A DNA stretch of 64,000 bases. Origin: Clostridia bacterium. GTDB lineage: Bacteria; Bacillota; Clostridia; Christensenellales; UBA1242. Both the position numbers and the translations under genes were made by a program. The stretch lies in contig JAGASX010000017.1 in assembly GCA_017621525.1 (NCBI GenBank), positions 1,138 through 65,137 on the forward strand. The letters run 5' to 3'. Each line of letters begins with the position of its first letter. Positions within the stretch are counted from its first letter, which is position 1. Below are positions 28,659-37,934 of the stretch, one piece after another. The notes beneath the pieces are model-generated. The model saw only the letters and a program-made list of their open reading frames with translations, had not been told where the DNA came from and did no database searches.

Positions 28659-29336
28659 ATGGCAAATTTTGATACATTACTTAATTTAAAAGAGGTTGTT
28701 TTATCTGTACTTTTCGTAGCCGGTGATGGCATTGAAAAGGACTTTTTGGCAGAAAAATTGCAGGTTTCAACCAAAGAAATTGAAAAGGCAATAACATCTT
28801 TGCAGGAAGAGTTTTGCAAAGATAGGGGCATACATATCATACAATATAAAAACAAAGTGCAATTGTCGTCAAACCCTGCATATGCAAATTTTATAGGTGA
28901 TGTTTTAAACCCAATTCGCGAAAAATCGCTTACAAGGGCGGCACTTGAAACACTTGCGATTATTGCTTATAAACAACCAATCACAAAACTTGAAATAGAG
29001 GATATAAGACGGGTAAACTCTGACTATGCCGTGCAAATATTGATTGACCAAAATATGATTGAAGTTGTTGGCAGAAAAGATGCGGTTGGCAAGCCACTTA
29101 TGTTTGGCACAACTGACAATTTCCTTAAAAGATTTAATGTGCAAAATCTGTCAGATTTGCCAGATTATGAACAATTACTTGAAAGAATTAAAACCATTAG
29201 GGAGGAAGAGGACGCACCTAAGGGCGAAACCTTGTTCCGTGATGTTGCAGACCTTGAATTTAATGAAGAATTGCCTGATTTTTTAAAGGGTGAAGATTTT
29301 GTTAAAATAGAGGGCGACAGCGAAAATGCAGGTTAA
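28659..29336 (+). CDS. scpB: segregation and condensation protein B
   Basis: LSRAALETLAIIAYKQPITKLEIEDIRRVNSDYAVQILIDQNMIEVVGRKDAVGKPLMFGTT. Confidence 0.93.
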   Translation: MANFDTLLNLKEVVLSVLFVAGDGIEKDFLAEKLQVSTKEIEKAITSLQEEFCKDRGIHIIQYKNKVQLSSNPAYANFIGDVLNPIREKSLTRAALETLAIIAYKQPITKLEIEDIRRVNSDYAVQILIDQNMIEVVGRKDAVGKPLMFGTTDNFLKRFNVQNLSDLPDYEQLLERIKTIREEEDAPKGETLFRDVADLEFNEELPDFLKGEDFVKIEGDSENAG

Positions 29337-29364
29337 AAAAGAGGGACAAAATCCCTCTTTTTTT
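29335..29364 (+). terminator. rho-independent terminator after scpB
   Basis: AGAGGGA-caaaa-TCCCTCT followed by T6. Confidence 0.85.
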
Positions 29365-29400
29365 GACATATTTTTATATATTTTTTGCATAGGATAACCT

Positions 29401-29553
29401 ATGTTTGGAATTAAACAAAAAAGTTATGGAAAGCGTTATCAGCAAACAAAAGTAAGGGTAAAAATGGGCAAAAGGCGTTTGCTTTTGGCTGTTATAATTT
29501 TGCTTACTTGTGCAGAGATTGCTTTGGGGGTGTTGTGGCTGTTAGGTTATTAA
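29401..29553 (+). CDS. unlisted small ORF, 50 aa, basic N-terminus plus one TM helix (internal ATG at 29464 would give 29 aa)
   Basis: MFGIKQKSYGKRYQQTKVRVKMGKRRLLLAVIILLTCAEIALGVLWLLGY. Weak AGGA lies 6 nt upstream. The 3' end overlaps the start region of the M50 protease gene. Below the 60-aa track cut-off. Confidence 0.35.
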   Translation: MFGIKQKSYGKRYQQTKVRVKMGKRRLLLAVIILLTCAEIALGVLWLLGY

Positions 29554-30386
29554 AACTGTCAAAAAAAATCCCCATACACCCAAGTTTTATATTGCTTTTT
29601 TTGTGGTTTTGCATAACGGGAAATGTTGGCGGATTTTTAATATTTGTTTGTGTTGTATTGTCGCATGAATATGGACATTATTTTGTTGCAAAAAAAATGG
29701 GATATAAACTTGATGCTTTTATAATTGCCCCATATGGTGTATGCTTAAATTACAAAGAACGTGCGTTTGAAGAAAAAGATGAAATTTGCATTGCACTTGC
29801 AGGGCCTTGCGTAAATTTGCTTGTATGCCTTGCAATAACATCACTTTGGTGGGTTTTTCCAGATACCTATAACTTTACCTATGATTTGGTAAATCAATCT
29901 TTTTCTCTCGCTCTTTTCAATCTGTTGCCATGTTATCCGCTTGACGGAGGCAGGGTGGCAGTGGGATTTCTTTCTCAATTTTTTCAAAGAAAAACCGCTG
30001 TAAAAATCACACAAGTTTGCAATGTTGTGTTGTCAATTTTTTTGCTTGTTGCATTTTGCGTTTCATGCTTTGTCAATTTCAACCCAAGCCTTTGCCTTTG
30101 TGGGTGCTTTCTTCTTTTTGGGGTGTTTGAATATAGGGCGGAATGTAAATATCAACCCTCTTTTGCACTTAAAAAAAAGGTTAAAAATTTTTCAAAACCC
30201 TCTTTTTTAAATATAAATGGCACCATTTCAATATCGCAGGCTATAAAACACATTCAACTTAATAAAATAACCATTTTTGTGGTGCTTTTATCAAATGGTA
30301 AATGCAAGTTTGTTGACGAAAAGAAATTGCAACTACTTGCTCTTAAATATCCTATAAATACCACTTTTGATGAAATTTTTAAATAA
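29508..30386 (+). CDS. site-2 (M50) intramembrane metalloprotease, SpoIVFB-like
   Basis: HEYGH (HExxH) in TM2, NLLPCYPLDGG (NxxPxxxLDG) motif, CBS-like C-terminus. The overall order parallels B. subtilis SpoIVFB. Start uncertain: TTG at 29508 or GTG at 29535 preceded by GGGGG. Confidence 0.8.
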   Translation: MCRDCFGGVVAVRLLKLSKKIPIHPSFILLFLWFCITGNVGGFLIFVCVVLSHEYGHYFVAKKMGYKLDAFIIAPYGVCLNYKERAFEEKDEICIALAGPCVNLLVCLAITSLWWVFPDTYNFTYDLVNQSFSLALFNLLPCYPLDGGRVAVGFLSQFFQRKTAVKITQVCNVVLSIFLLVAFCVSCFVNFNPSLCLCGCFLLFGVFEYRAECKYQPSFALKKKVKNFSKPSFLNINGTISISQAIKHIQLNKITIFVVLLSNGKCKFVDEKKLQLLALKYPINTTFDEIFK

Positions 30387-30822
30387 GATATGGCATAAGT
30401 GCGTGAAGATTGCTTTTTTCAAGTTCTTTCAATTTTGCCAATATTTCATCAATTTCAGGGGAAACGTCTTGGTGGTCGGCGCCATCTTTTTCGCAGGTTA
30501 AAATGCCCATAAAAGTACCCATAAGCATAAGTTCGGCAATGTGCCTTGTGGTTTTATCAGTCATTGTTGACATATTTATAGAGCCCCAAAGTTTTGCCTT
30601 TTCAAACCAATTGTTGTCTTTTATCCCATCAATCTTTTTTGCTTTTGCCAAAAGTTCACATTCTTTTTCCAGCACAATATATTTGTCCTCTTGGCTTGCA
30701 AGTTCTTTTTTAAGGTCATTATCTTGCACCTTTGGCAAAATATCTTCAATAGATTGAATGGCTGTCCTTGTATTTTGATATACAGCGTTCAAATACTCTG
30801 TAATCATTTCTATATTTTCCAT
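30379..30822 (-). CDS. hypothetical all-helical protein (147 aa)
   Basis: Clean ORF with GGAGG upstream of the ATG. Coiled/helical-bundle-like composition. No motif I can name. Confidence 0.65.
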   Translation of the reverse strand: MENIEMITEYLNAVYQNTRTAIQSIEDILPKVQDNDLKKELASQEDKYIVLEKECELLAKAKKIDGIKDNNWFEKAKLWGSINMSTMTDKTTRHIAELMLMGTFMGILTCEKDGADHQDVSPEIDEILAKLKELEKSNLHALMPYLI

Positions 30823-30910
30823 AAATTAAATCCTCCGCTATTGTTTTGTGCAGTCGCACGTCTTTTATTCAAAAATGTATACAAATTTTGCTTTTGCAAA
30901 AAATAAGGGC

Positions 30911-32317
30911 ATGAAAAAGTCAACCAAGGTATTTTTAATTTTATTTGTTGCAACGTTCATTCCAGCAATCGTGCTGGGCAAGTTTGTTTTGGCAGGCATA
31001 ACGCCAACTGAAAAAGGTTTTTCCTTTAATTTTGACGGAAGGGGAATTGCCGGCATAGTTCTTATAATTACTTCATCAGTTTTGGGATTTATTTTATATC
31101 GCAGGTTTATCATGTCCCGCCCAATGCATTATGCAATATTTTTCTCGTCATTGCCACTGCTTATTTTCTATGGTGTAAGCCTGTTTTTGCTTGTAGAATC
31201 GGCATCGTATAACAACCAAACAGCAGCATCTGTTCGAGGACTTTTAAATCTTTCAACAGACAATGCATACAACACAATTTTATGGGCAATTTTGCTTACG
31301 CTGATATTTATTGGTCTTATGTTTTTAAATTTTTATCTACTCTGCAAACCTTTGGGAAGGGTGGAAAAAATAGTTGCACGCCTCGGTGATGGTAGAGTTA
31401 AAGAAAGCAAATTGAAAATTGGAGGAAGTAAACAATTCAGCAATATAGAACATTCGCTAAATAAAATAAACAGCAACTATCGCAGTAACGAAAACGATAT
31501 AAAACAGGCAAACATAGAGGCTCAAAAATTTGTTCCAAAACAATTTATAAGGTTTTTAGGAAAAACAAGCATAGCCGAGTTGGAACTTGGGCATCAAGTG
31601 AAGAAAAACGCAACACTTATGTCTGTAAAACTTGTTGGGCTTAACAATTCAGATAGAATGAGCCTTGAAGAGAATTTCAATTTTTTAAATTCATATCTTA
31701 ATGTCGTGTCGCCGGTTGTAAGGCGTTTTGGTGGCTTTATTGACAAATATTTTGGCGAGGGTATTTTGGCGGTTTTTGGAAGGGCGGAAAATGCAATAGA
31801 TTGTTCTCATGCAATTGTTCGTGCTGTGAATATAAAAAACAGACAAAACAAATCTTTGCCAAATGTGGATATAAGAATATGCACCATTTCCAGCCAAGTA
31901 ATATTTGGTATAGTGGGCGAACAGGAAAGAAAACTGCCTACAATAATATCACCTGTTACCGCCGAACTTGAAAAACTTGACAGCATTTGCAAACTTATGG
32001 GGGCAAAAGTGTTGTTGTCTGGAAGATGTATGGAATTGTTGCCACTAAATTATAAATTTTCATATCGCCATATTGGCTCTGTTACCTTTACAGAAAAAGA
32101 AAAGACATTGTTGTTTGAAGATTTAGAGGTTTTACCAAGGGATAGAAGCGCACCAATACTTAAAGCAAAAAGGGTGTTTGAACAAGGTGTTTTATGTTAT
32201 GAAAATGGCGATTATCATAAGGCTTGCGACTGCTTTTCAGATGCACTTCGCATTGCACCAGACGATAAAGGTTGTTATGTGTATTTCAATAAAGCAAAAG
32301 AAAAACTTGACCGATAA
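30911..32317 (+). CDS. membrane-anchored class III nucleotidyl-cyclase homology domain protein with a TPR-like C-terminus; catalytic residues degenerate
   Basis: Four N-terminal TM helices, a HAMP-like linker, and a cyclase homology core (KFVPKQFIRFL...ATLMSVKLVGL...RRFGGFIDKYFGEGILAVFG...IFGIVGE). Start trimmed to the ATG at 30911. Confidence 0.75.
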   Translation: MKKSTKVFLILFVATFIPAIVLGKFVLAGITPTEKGFSFNFDGRGIAGIVLIITSSVLGFILYRRFIMSRPMHYAIFFSSLPLLIFYGVSLFLLVESASYNNQTAASVRGLLNLSTDNAYNTILWAILLTLIFIGLMFLNFYLLCKPLGRVEKIVARLGDGRVKESKLKIGGSKQFSNIEHSLNKINSNYRSNENDIKQANIEAQKFVPKQFIRFLGKTSIAELELGHQVKKNATLMSVKLVGLNNSDRMSLEENFNFLNSYLNVVSPVVRRFGGFIDKYFGEGILAVFGRAENAIDCSHAIVRAVNIKNRQNKSLPNVDIRICTISSQVIFGIVGEQERKLPTIISPVTAELEKLDSICKLMGAKVLLSGRCMELLPLNYKFSYRHIGSVTFTEKEKTLLFEDLEVLPRDRSAPILKAKRVFEQGVLCYENGDYHKACDCFSDALRIAPDDKGCYVYFNKAKEKLDR

Positions 32318-32362
32318 GGCAATTGACTTGACAAGTTTAACTCATGGTGTTAAAATTCTTGC

Positions 32363-32884
32363 ATGAGATTTGGAAGAGAAAAACAGTCGCAAACAAAATT
32401 TGTCATTTGCCCAAGATGTGGGATTAAAAGCCTTTCTTCAAGTGAAAGTTGCCCAGAATGTGGGTTGGTTTTTTCTCGCCTTGATATTGCAACAAACAAA
32501 GACGCAAAACGAAAAATAAAACGTCGCGATAAAGACTTTATAATAAACACAAGCAAACTACCAAGCGATGTCAGCAGAGTGAAACTAATTTTGCTTACAA
32601 TTTTTACAGGGCTTTTTGGCGGACATTGTTTTTATGTGGGAAGATATTGGCGTGGTGGAATATTACTGCTTAACACCATAATACTTATGCTTTATGTAAT
32701 ATTCAACCCCCAACTTGCAAGTATTGATGAGGGGCGACTGCTTGCCGCTCTTACCACAATAGGTGGTATTGTTATGCTTTTATGGCCATTTGATATTGTT
32801 TGGGTGCTTATAAAAAAATTTAAGGTGCCTGTGGCAATTGACCTTGAAAGCGAAAGTGTACAAAAAGAGGAAGAGGTTGCATGA
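32363..32884 (+). CDS. zinc-ribbon plus TM2 domain membrane protein
   Basis: CPRCG...CPECG zinc ribbon and the TM2 motif [21 protein letters not shown]. Confidence 0.75.
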   Translation: MRFGREKQSQTKFVICPRCGIKSLSSSESCPECGLVFSRLDIATNKDAKRKIKRRDKDFIINTSKLPSDVSRVKLILLTIFTGLFGGHCFYVGRYWRGGILLLNTIILMLYVIFNPQLASIDEGRLLAALTTIGGIVMLLWPFDIVWVLIKKFKVPVAIDLESESVQKEEEVA

Positions 32885-33963
32885 GAATTGTTGTAGGAAT
32901 AAGCGGAGGGGTTGATTCTTCGGTTGCTGCATATTTACTTAAAAAGCAAGGACACGATGTAATTGGGCTTTTTATGATAAATTGGGAAGAGAAAGACGGC
33001 TCTTGTACCGCAGAGGCAGATTATGAAGATGTAAAAAGGGTGTGCAATAAAATTGGCATACCATATTTCTCTGTAAACTATGCAAAGGAATATTACCAAA
33101 GGGTATTTTCATATTTTCTTGAAGAGTATAAAAAAGGAAGAACGCCAAACCCAGACGTCCTTTGCAACAGAGAGGTAAAATTTGGGCCTTTTCTTGAACA
33201 GGCATATAAACTTGGCGCAGATATGATTGCAACAGGCCACTATGCCAAAAAGATAGAGAAAGATGGCAAATACTATCTTGCAAAGGCAGATGACTTAAAT
33301 AAAGACCAATCATACTTTTTAAATCAACTAAACCAAAAGCAACTTGCGTCAGTTGTATTCCCACTTGCTGAAATTGACAAACCAAAGGTTAGAGAAATTG
33401 CCAGAGAACTTGAACTTTCAACGGCAGACAAAAAGGACAGCACGGGAATTTGCTTTATAGGCGAGAGGAATTTTAAAAAGTTTTTGCAAGAATACCTTCC
33501 AGCACAAAAAGGTAAGATACTTGATTTGCAGGGAAATGAAGTTGGCCAGCATGATGGGCTTATGTATTACACGCTTGGTCAACGCAAAGGACTTAATATA
33601 GGTGGTAAAAAGGGTGGAAATGGAGAACGTTGGTTTGTTATAAGCAAAGACCTTGAAAACAACATTTTGCATGTTTCGCAAGGCGAGGGCGAAGAACTTT
33701 TCAGTGATGGCCTTTATGCGTCTGGAATGAATTGGATACCAGAAAAACCAAGCCAAGATAAGTTTGAATGTTTTGCAAAATTCAGGTATCGTCAACCCGA
33801 CCAAAAGGTTTCTGTAACAATTCTAAACGATAAAGAAATAAGGGTGGATTTTGCCGAAAGGCAACGTGCTATCACTCCGGGGCAGTTTGTTGTGCTTTAT
33901 GATGAAAAAGGCTTGTGTTTAGGTGGCGGTACAATTGACAAAAGTTTTAATTTGGGTGAATAA
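32881..33963 (+). CDS. mnmA: tRNA 2-thiouridine(34) synthase
   Basis: PP-loop [46 protein letters not shown]. Confidence 0.96.
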   Translation: MRIVVGISGGVDSSVAAYLLKKQGHDVIGLFMINWEEKDGSCTAEADYEDVKRVCNKIGIPYFSVNYAKEYYQRVFSYFLEEYKKGRTPNPDVLCNREVKFGPFLEQAYKLGADMIATGHYAKKIEKDGKYYLAKADDLNKDQSYFLNQLNQKQLASVVFPLAEIDKPKVREIARELELSTADKKDSTGICFIGERNFKKFLQEYLPAQKGKILDLQGNEVGQHDGLMYYTLGQRKGLNIGGKKGGNGERWFVISKDLENNILHVSQGEGEELFSDGLYASGMNWIPEKPSQDKFECFAKFRYRQPDQKVSVTILNDKEIRVDFAERQRAITPGQFVVLYDEKGLCLGGGTIDKSFNLGE

Positions 33964-34002
33964 TCGTTGTAAACTTATCCATACTAAAAATGGGAGGTAA
34001 AC

Positions 34003-34227
34003 ATGATTATAGCAAATTGGATAGCATTTATCATTCTTTTAATCGGTGGATTAAACTGGGGTTTAATGGGCGTATTCCGTTTCAACCTTGTAACATTCCT
34101 TTGTATGGGAAGTTTACTGTTTTCAAGAGTGATTTATATCTTGGTGCTTTTGTCAGCAATTTGGCTGATTATATCGGCTTCGATATATGGCGGAATTTTG
34201 CTTATTCCTGCACTGTTTGTAGTTTAA
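34003..34227 (+). CDS. DUF378 family small membrane protein
   Basis: IGGLNWGLMGVFRFNLV is the DUF378 signature. GGGAGG SD. Confidence 0.8.
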   Translation: MIIANWIAFIILLIGGLNWGLMGVFRFNLVTFLCMGSLLFSRVIYILVLLSAIWLIISASIYGGILLIPALFVV

Positions 34228-34236
34228 AAGAAAAAA

Positions 34237-34267
34237 GAATATATCAAAAGCGATATATTCTTTTTTT
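34237..34267 (+). terminator. rho-independent terminator
   Basis: GAATATATC-aaaagc-GATATATTC followed by T7. Confidence 0.85.
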
Positions 34268-34268
34268 A

Positions 34269-34357
34269 TGGCGCAGAGGACAGGATTTGAACCTGCGGAG
34301 GCTTATGACCTCACACGCTTTCCAAGCGTGCGCCTTAAACCACTCGGCCACCTCTGC
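34269..34357 (-). tRNA. tRNA-Ser (anticodon GGA), long variable arm, CCA encoded
   Basis: The reverse complement is GCAGAGGTGGCCGAGTGGTTTAAGGCGCACGCTTGGAAAGCGTGTGAGGTCATAAGCCTCCGCAGGTTCAAATCCTGTCCTCTGCGCCA. Minus-strand promoter: TTGACT (34389..34394), 17-nt spacer, TATTAT (34366..34371). Confidence 0.9.
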
Positions 34358-34402
34358 GTGCAAGTATAATAGCATAAATATTTATGAAAGTCAAAGCGTT
34401 TT

Positions 34403-34431
34403 AAAAATAAAAAGACGCTTTAATAAGCGTC
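34403..34431 (-). terminator. rho-independent terminator of the YjzC-like gene (minus strand)
   Basis: GACGCTT-atta-AAGCGTC followed by a T-rich run on the minus strand. Confidence 0.7.
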
Positions 34432-34445
34432 CCTTTATATGAAGA

Positions 34446-34604
34446 TTATTCATCCATTTCGTAATGGCTTCCGCTGTGTTGTGTTGCAGGAAATCTTTGA
34501 CCTTTTTCAAGGTATGTGCTTCCTCCACACTTGCCATCCTTGTCATAACAAGAATAACTTGCAGATTTTGGGGCTTGTTCGCCCGGTTTCCATTGTTTTT
34601 GCAT
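34446..34604 (-). CDS. YjzC-like small protein (52 aa), not in the ORF track
   Basis: MQKQWKPGEQAPKSASYSCYDKDGKCGGSTYLEKGQRFPATQHSGSHYEMDE matches the YjzC pattern (..kpGekAP.sG.Y......g.....v.l.kGdrFPpt....). GGAGG lies 8 nt upstream. Confidence 0.65.
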   Translation of the reverse strand: MQKQWKPGEQAPKSASYSCYDKDGKCGGSTYLEKGQRFPATQHSGSHYEMDE

Positions 34605-34750
34605 GTTCTTAACCTCCAATGATAGTGTGTGCTCTTTCGACTAAATTATTCATTTATGTTAGGAAAATTTAAAATATAGTTTGTCAAAATCAATTTTATG
34701 TTGTATAATAATTGCGCAGTAGTTATTTTTACTGCTTATGGGAGAAAATA

Positions 34751-35608
34751 ATGATTAAATTTTGTACAGACAGTTGTGTAGATATAGGCAAAGACCTTTT
34801 GGAAAAGAATGATATTGCAGTAATCCCTCTTTATGTTATTTTAGGGGAAGAAGAATATTTGGACGGCGTAAATATTACGCCAAATGAAATTTTTAAATAT
34901 GTGCAGGACAATGGCGTTTTGCCAAAAACTGCAACAAGAAGCGTTGAAAATTATAAGGATTTTTATTTAGAAAACCTTAAAGATGGTGATGAAATAATTT
35001 ATTTGGGCATTTCAAGCCAACTTTCTTCTTCTTATCAAAATGCTGTGAATGCAAAGGAAGAACTTGCCCAAAAAGATAGAATCCATGTACTTGACAGTAA
35101 AACATTGTCATCAGGAATAGGATTGTTGCTTTTATATGGTAAAAAATTGGCAGAACAAGGTCTTTCTGCTGATGAAATTTGCCAAAAACTTGAAAAACAG
35201 ATTGAAAATAATCAAACATCATTCATTGTTGAAAAACTTGATTATTTATATAAGGGAGGAAGATGCTCGGCACTTTCTCGTTTTGGTGCATCTTTGTTGA
35301 ATATAAAACCAATTTTGGAAGTTAAAAACGGAAAAATTGAAAACACTTCAAAACTTATGGGAAAATTCAATGTTGTATGTAAAAAATATATAGACCAAAT
35401 TCTTGCAAAATACAATAATGCAAGATGTGAAAGATGCTTTATCACTCACACCTGCAAGGAAGAAACATTTGTAAATGAAATGGTTGAATATGTTAAATCA
35501 AAGGGTATTTTTGATGAGGTTATTGCCTCTCGCGCTGGCGCAACAATTTCATGTCATTGCGGAGAAAATACTTTGGGTATTTTGTATCTTTTAAATGATG
35601 AGGAGTAA
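34751..35608 (+). CDS. DegV family fatty-acid-binding protein
   Basis: DSCVDIG...IPLYV..., LGISSQLSSSYQNA, and YLYKGGRCS are DegV hallmarks. Start trimmed to the ATG at 34751. Confidence 0.88.
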   Translation: MIKFCTDSCVDIGKDLLEKNDIAVIPLYVILGEEEYLDGVNITPNEIFKYVQDNGVLPKTATRSVENYKDFYLENLKDGDEIIYLGISSQLSSSYQNAVNAKEELAQKDRIHVLDSKTLSSGIGLLLLYGKKLAEQGLSADEICQKLEKQIENNQTSFIVEKLDYLYKGGRCSALSRFGASLLNIKPILEVKNGKIENTSKLMGKFNVVCKKYIDQILAKYNNARCERCFITHTCKEETFVNEMVEYVKSKGIFDEVIASRAGATISCHCGENTLGILYLLNDEE

Positions 35609-35610
35609 TT

Positions 35611-36021
35611 ATGGCAAACGATTGCATTTTTTGTAAAATAATAAAGGGCGAAATCCCTTCAAATAAAGTCTACGAAGATGAATTTACATATGCTTTTTTA
35701 GATTTAACTAATGATGGCTTAGGTCATGTACTTGTTATTCCTAAAAAACATTGCGTAAATGTTCTTGATTGCGATAGTCAAACACTTGCATACGTTATGG
35801 ATACTGTAAAACTTATAAGCAACCACCTTGTTGATAATTGTGGGTTTGACGGCGTGAACATTCTTAATGCAAGTGGTGCGGGCGCAGAACAAAGTGTTTT
35901 TCATCTTCACTTTCACATTTTGCCACGCAAAAAAGATGACGGATTTAAAACATTCCCTCAACTGCCTGAAAATCCAATGTCAAAAGAAGATGTTTTAAAA
36001 CTCTTTCGTATTGAAAGGTAG
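35611..36021 (+). CDS. HIT (histidine triad) family protein
   Basis: CIFCKII.GEIP and histidine triad HLHFHILPR. Confidence 0.92.
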   Translation: MANDCIFCKIIKGEIPSNKVYEDEFTYAFLDLTNDGLGHVLVIPKKHCVNVLDCDSQTLAYVMDTVKLISNHLVDNCGFDGVNILNASGAGAEQSVFHLHFHILPRKKDDGFKTFPQLPENPMSKEDVLKLFRIER

Positions 36022-36477
36022 GTGAATGTGAAAGAAATTGTTTTATACACAGATGGTGCTTGCTCTGGCAACCCGGGAATGGGTGGCTGGGGGGCAATTC
36101 TTTCCTACCAAGGTAGAGAAAAAGTTCTTTCTGGCGGTGAAATGATGACCACAAATAATCGCATGGAATTGACTGCGGTTATTGAAGGGCTTAAAGCCAT
36201 AAAAGAGGGGTGCAAAGTTGACATTTACAGCGATTCGGCTTATGTTGTAAATGCATTTTTGCAAGATTGGATTTCAAAATGGCGTGCAAATGGTTGGCGT
36301 TCTTCAAAGGGCGCGGTGTTAAATACAGACCTTTGGAAAAGTTTGCTTGCACAAATGGCAAAACATGAGGTAAAATGGCATAAAGTAAAAGGTCATGCCG
36401 ACAACGAAAATAACAATAGGTGCGATGCTCTCGCGAGGGGAGAAATTGATAAACTTCGTGCAAATCAAGAAAACTAA
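36022..36477 (+). CDS. rnhA: ribonuclease HI
   Basis: YTDGACSGNPGMGGWG, TNNRMEL, DSAYV, HKVKGHADNENNNRCDALA. Start is GTG at 36022 or GTG at 36028. Confidence 0.93.
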   Translation: MNVKEIVLYTDGACSGNPGMGGWGAILSYQGREKVLSGGEMMTTNNRMELTAVIEGLKAIKEGCKVDIYSDSAYVVNAFLQDWISKWRANGWRSSKGAVLNTDLWKSLLAQMAKHEVKWHKVKGHADNENNNRCDALARGEIDKLRANQEN

Positions 36478-36505
36478 AAAATCCACTTTAATATGTGGAT
36501 TTTTT
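36476..36505. terminator. bidirectional terminator between convergent genes
   Basis: ATCCAC-tttaatat-GTGGAT with an A-run upstream and a T-run downstream. Confidence 0.8.
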
Positions 36506-37061
36506 AATCTACATTTATCAATTTGTCATAAATTACTTCATAAATCGCAGGTGCGCTTGTTTTCCATTTGTGTATAGCCTCGTTTGCGCTTTGGCGTGTT
36601 GGTGCCTTCACTGTTAATACAAACATAGGGGAAGTTGATTGAGGCTCGTAAATTTTAAGTTCAACATTGTAAGAGCCGTCGGCATTTTTGCGGTAAGTGG
36701 AACTATACTCTTGTGAAGATTTGACGCTTAATTTATTTGCTTGCAAATAGGCAGAAATTTCTTCGCGCTTTTCAAGAGGAATTCTTCTATATAGGTGAGA
36801 AAGACACTCGCGACCTTCATAAGTAAGGTCAAATAATTCTTTGCTGTCCTCTTTATCGCTGATTTTGTAAAGAAGCTTGCTGTCAACAAGGTCATGAATA
36901 ATGGTTTTGCAATCCATATAATTTTTTATCCATTCATTTTTGACAGAACAAATATCAAGAATGGAATCCTCTGTAAGAGAGATTTCCATCTTTTCAAGAA
37001 CAAACAACATAACCAGTTTGTCGGCAACTAAACGCTCTTTTTCTGTCAGTATTTTTTTCAT
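36504..37061 (-). CDS. DUF4364-like protein (putative winged-helix regulator)
   Basis: The N-terminal KLVMLFVLEKMEISLTEDSILDIC pattern and ~185-aa size resemble clostridial DUF4364 proteins. Recognition from memory only. Confidence 0.5.
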   Translation of the reverse strand: MKKILTEKERLVADKLVMLFVLEKMEISLTEDSILDICSVKNEWIKNYMDCKTIIHDLVDSKLLYKISDKEDSKELFDLTYEGRECLSHLYRRIPLEKREEISAYLQANKLSVKSSQEYSSTYRKNADGSYNVELKIYEPQSTSPMFVLTVKAPTRQSANEAIHKWKTSAPAIYEVIYDKLINVD

Positions 37062-37157
37062 AAAACATATTATATCATATTTTTTTAATAAATCAAATCC
37101 TTTTTGTTTGCTTTTTTTAATTATTATGCTATAATAGCCTCAAAGAGGTAGTGCTTT

Positions 37158-37910
37158 ATGGAAGAAAATATAAAAAACTTTATTGATTCTTGTGATGAAC
37201 TTATTGCCTGCAAATATCTTGTGGCAGAATATAAAATTCAACAAATGCTCAAACAACTTGCAAACGCAAGCGATGTGTGCGACCTTGTGGGCGATTGTTT
37301 AGAGCAATTTAATCGCGACCGTGAATTTGCCAAGGCTTATGTTCAAGATGGACATGGCGGGTTTGTGTATGTAAGCCCACAAGAAGAATATAAAATCATT
37401 GCACTTGTTTTTTGTACTTTGGTGGATATTGACGGCAAAAAAATTGATTTCACTGATTTTATCAAAAGATTTTTCGGCCAACAAGAAAATCCATTTGGTG
37501 CATTTATTCAGCAAATGATTGTGCCTTTCCGCAACTTAATTGCCGAGGCTTTTGGCTTTGGTTATCAAGAAGAACAAGAAGAAACAGAAGAAGTTGAAGA
37601 ACAAGCAGAAACGCAAAAAGAAGAAAAATTCTATACTTATGCTGATGTTCCAGAAGAAGATGACGAAGAAGATGAAAATGAAAGCAACTACGTAAAAGCA
37701 CAAAAACTTGCCGTTCAAATATTAAGCCAACTTGAATTTGTAAAGCAAGACGATGTGGTCAAACAGGCTATGCAACTTTGCCGTGCTGTTGTAAAAACAA
37801 CAGACCTTGCAGATGAAGACGTTGCAGAATCTTTGGCGTTTGGTCTTAAAAATTGCAAAATAAAACCTGCAAAATATTTGATTAAAGAACTTATTGATTT
37901 GTTAGATTAA
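37158..37910 (+). CDS. hypothetical acidic protein with a central E/D-rich linker
   Basis: Clean 250-aa ORF with AGAGG SD. No recognisable motif. Terminator at 37911..37934. Confidence 0.65.
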   Translation: MEENIKNFIDSCDELIACKYLVAEYKIQQMLKQLANASDVCDLVGDCLEQFNRDREFAKAYVQDGHGGFVYVSPQEEYKIIALVFCTLVDIDGKKIDFTDFIKRFFGQQENPFGAFIQQMIVPFRNLIAEAFGFGYQEEQEETEEVEEQAETQKEEKFYTYADVPEEDDEEDENESNYVKAQKLAVQILSQLEFVKQDDVVKQAMQLCRAVVKTTDLADEDVAESLAFGLKNCKIKPAKYLIKELIDLLD

Positions 37911-37934
37911 AAAAAAGGCGGTTTCGCCTTTTTT
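37911..37934. terminator. bidirectional terminator
   Basis: A-run, GGCG-gttt-CGCC, T-run. Confidence 0.7.

Noticed and set aside
33990-34442. 150-aa plus-strand ORF spanning the DUF378 gene and tRNA-Ser
   Set aside because: It overlaps a DUF378 CDS with a strong SD in another frame. It also runs through a terminator hairpin and the reverse complement of tRNA-Ser. It is not coding.
35611-36477. Tight HIT-rnhA junction (stop TAG immediately followed by GTG) as a possible fusion or frameshift
   Set aside because: Both ORFs are full length with complete motif sets. Adjacency without a gap is ordinary operon packing.
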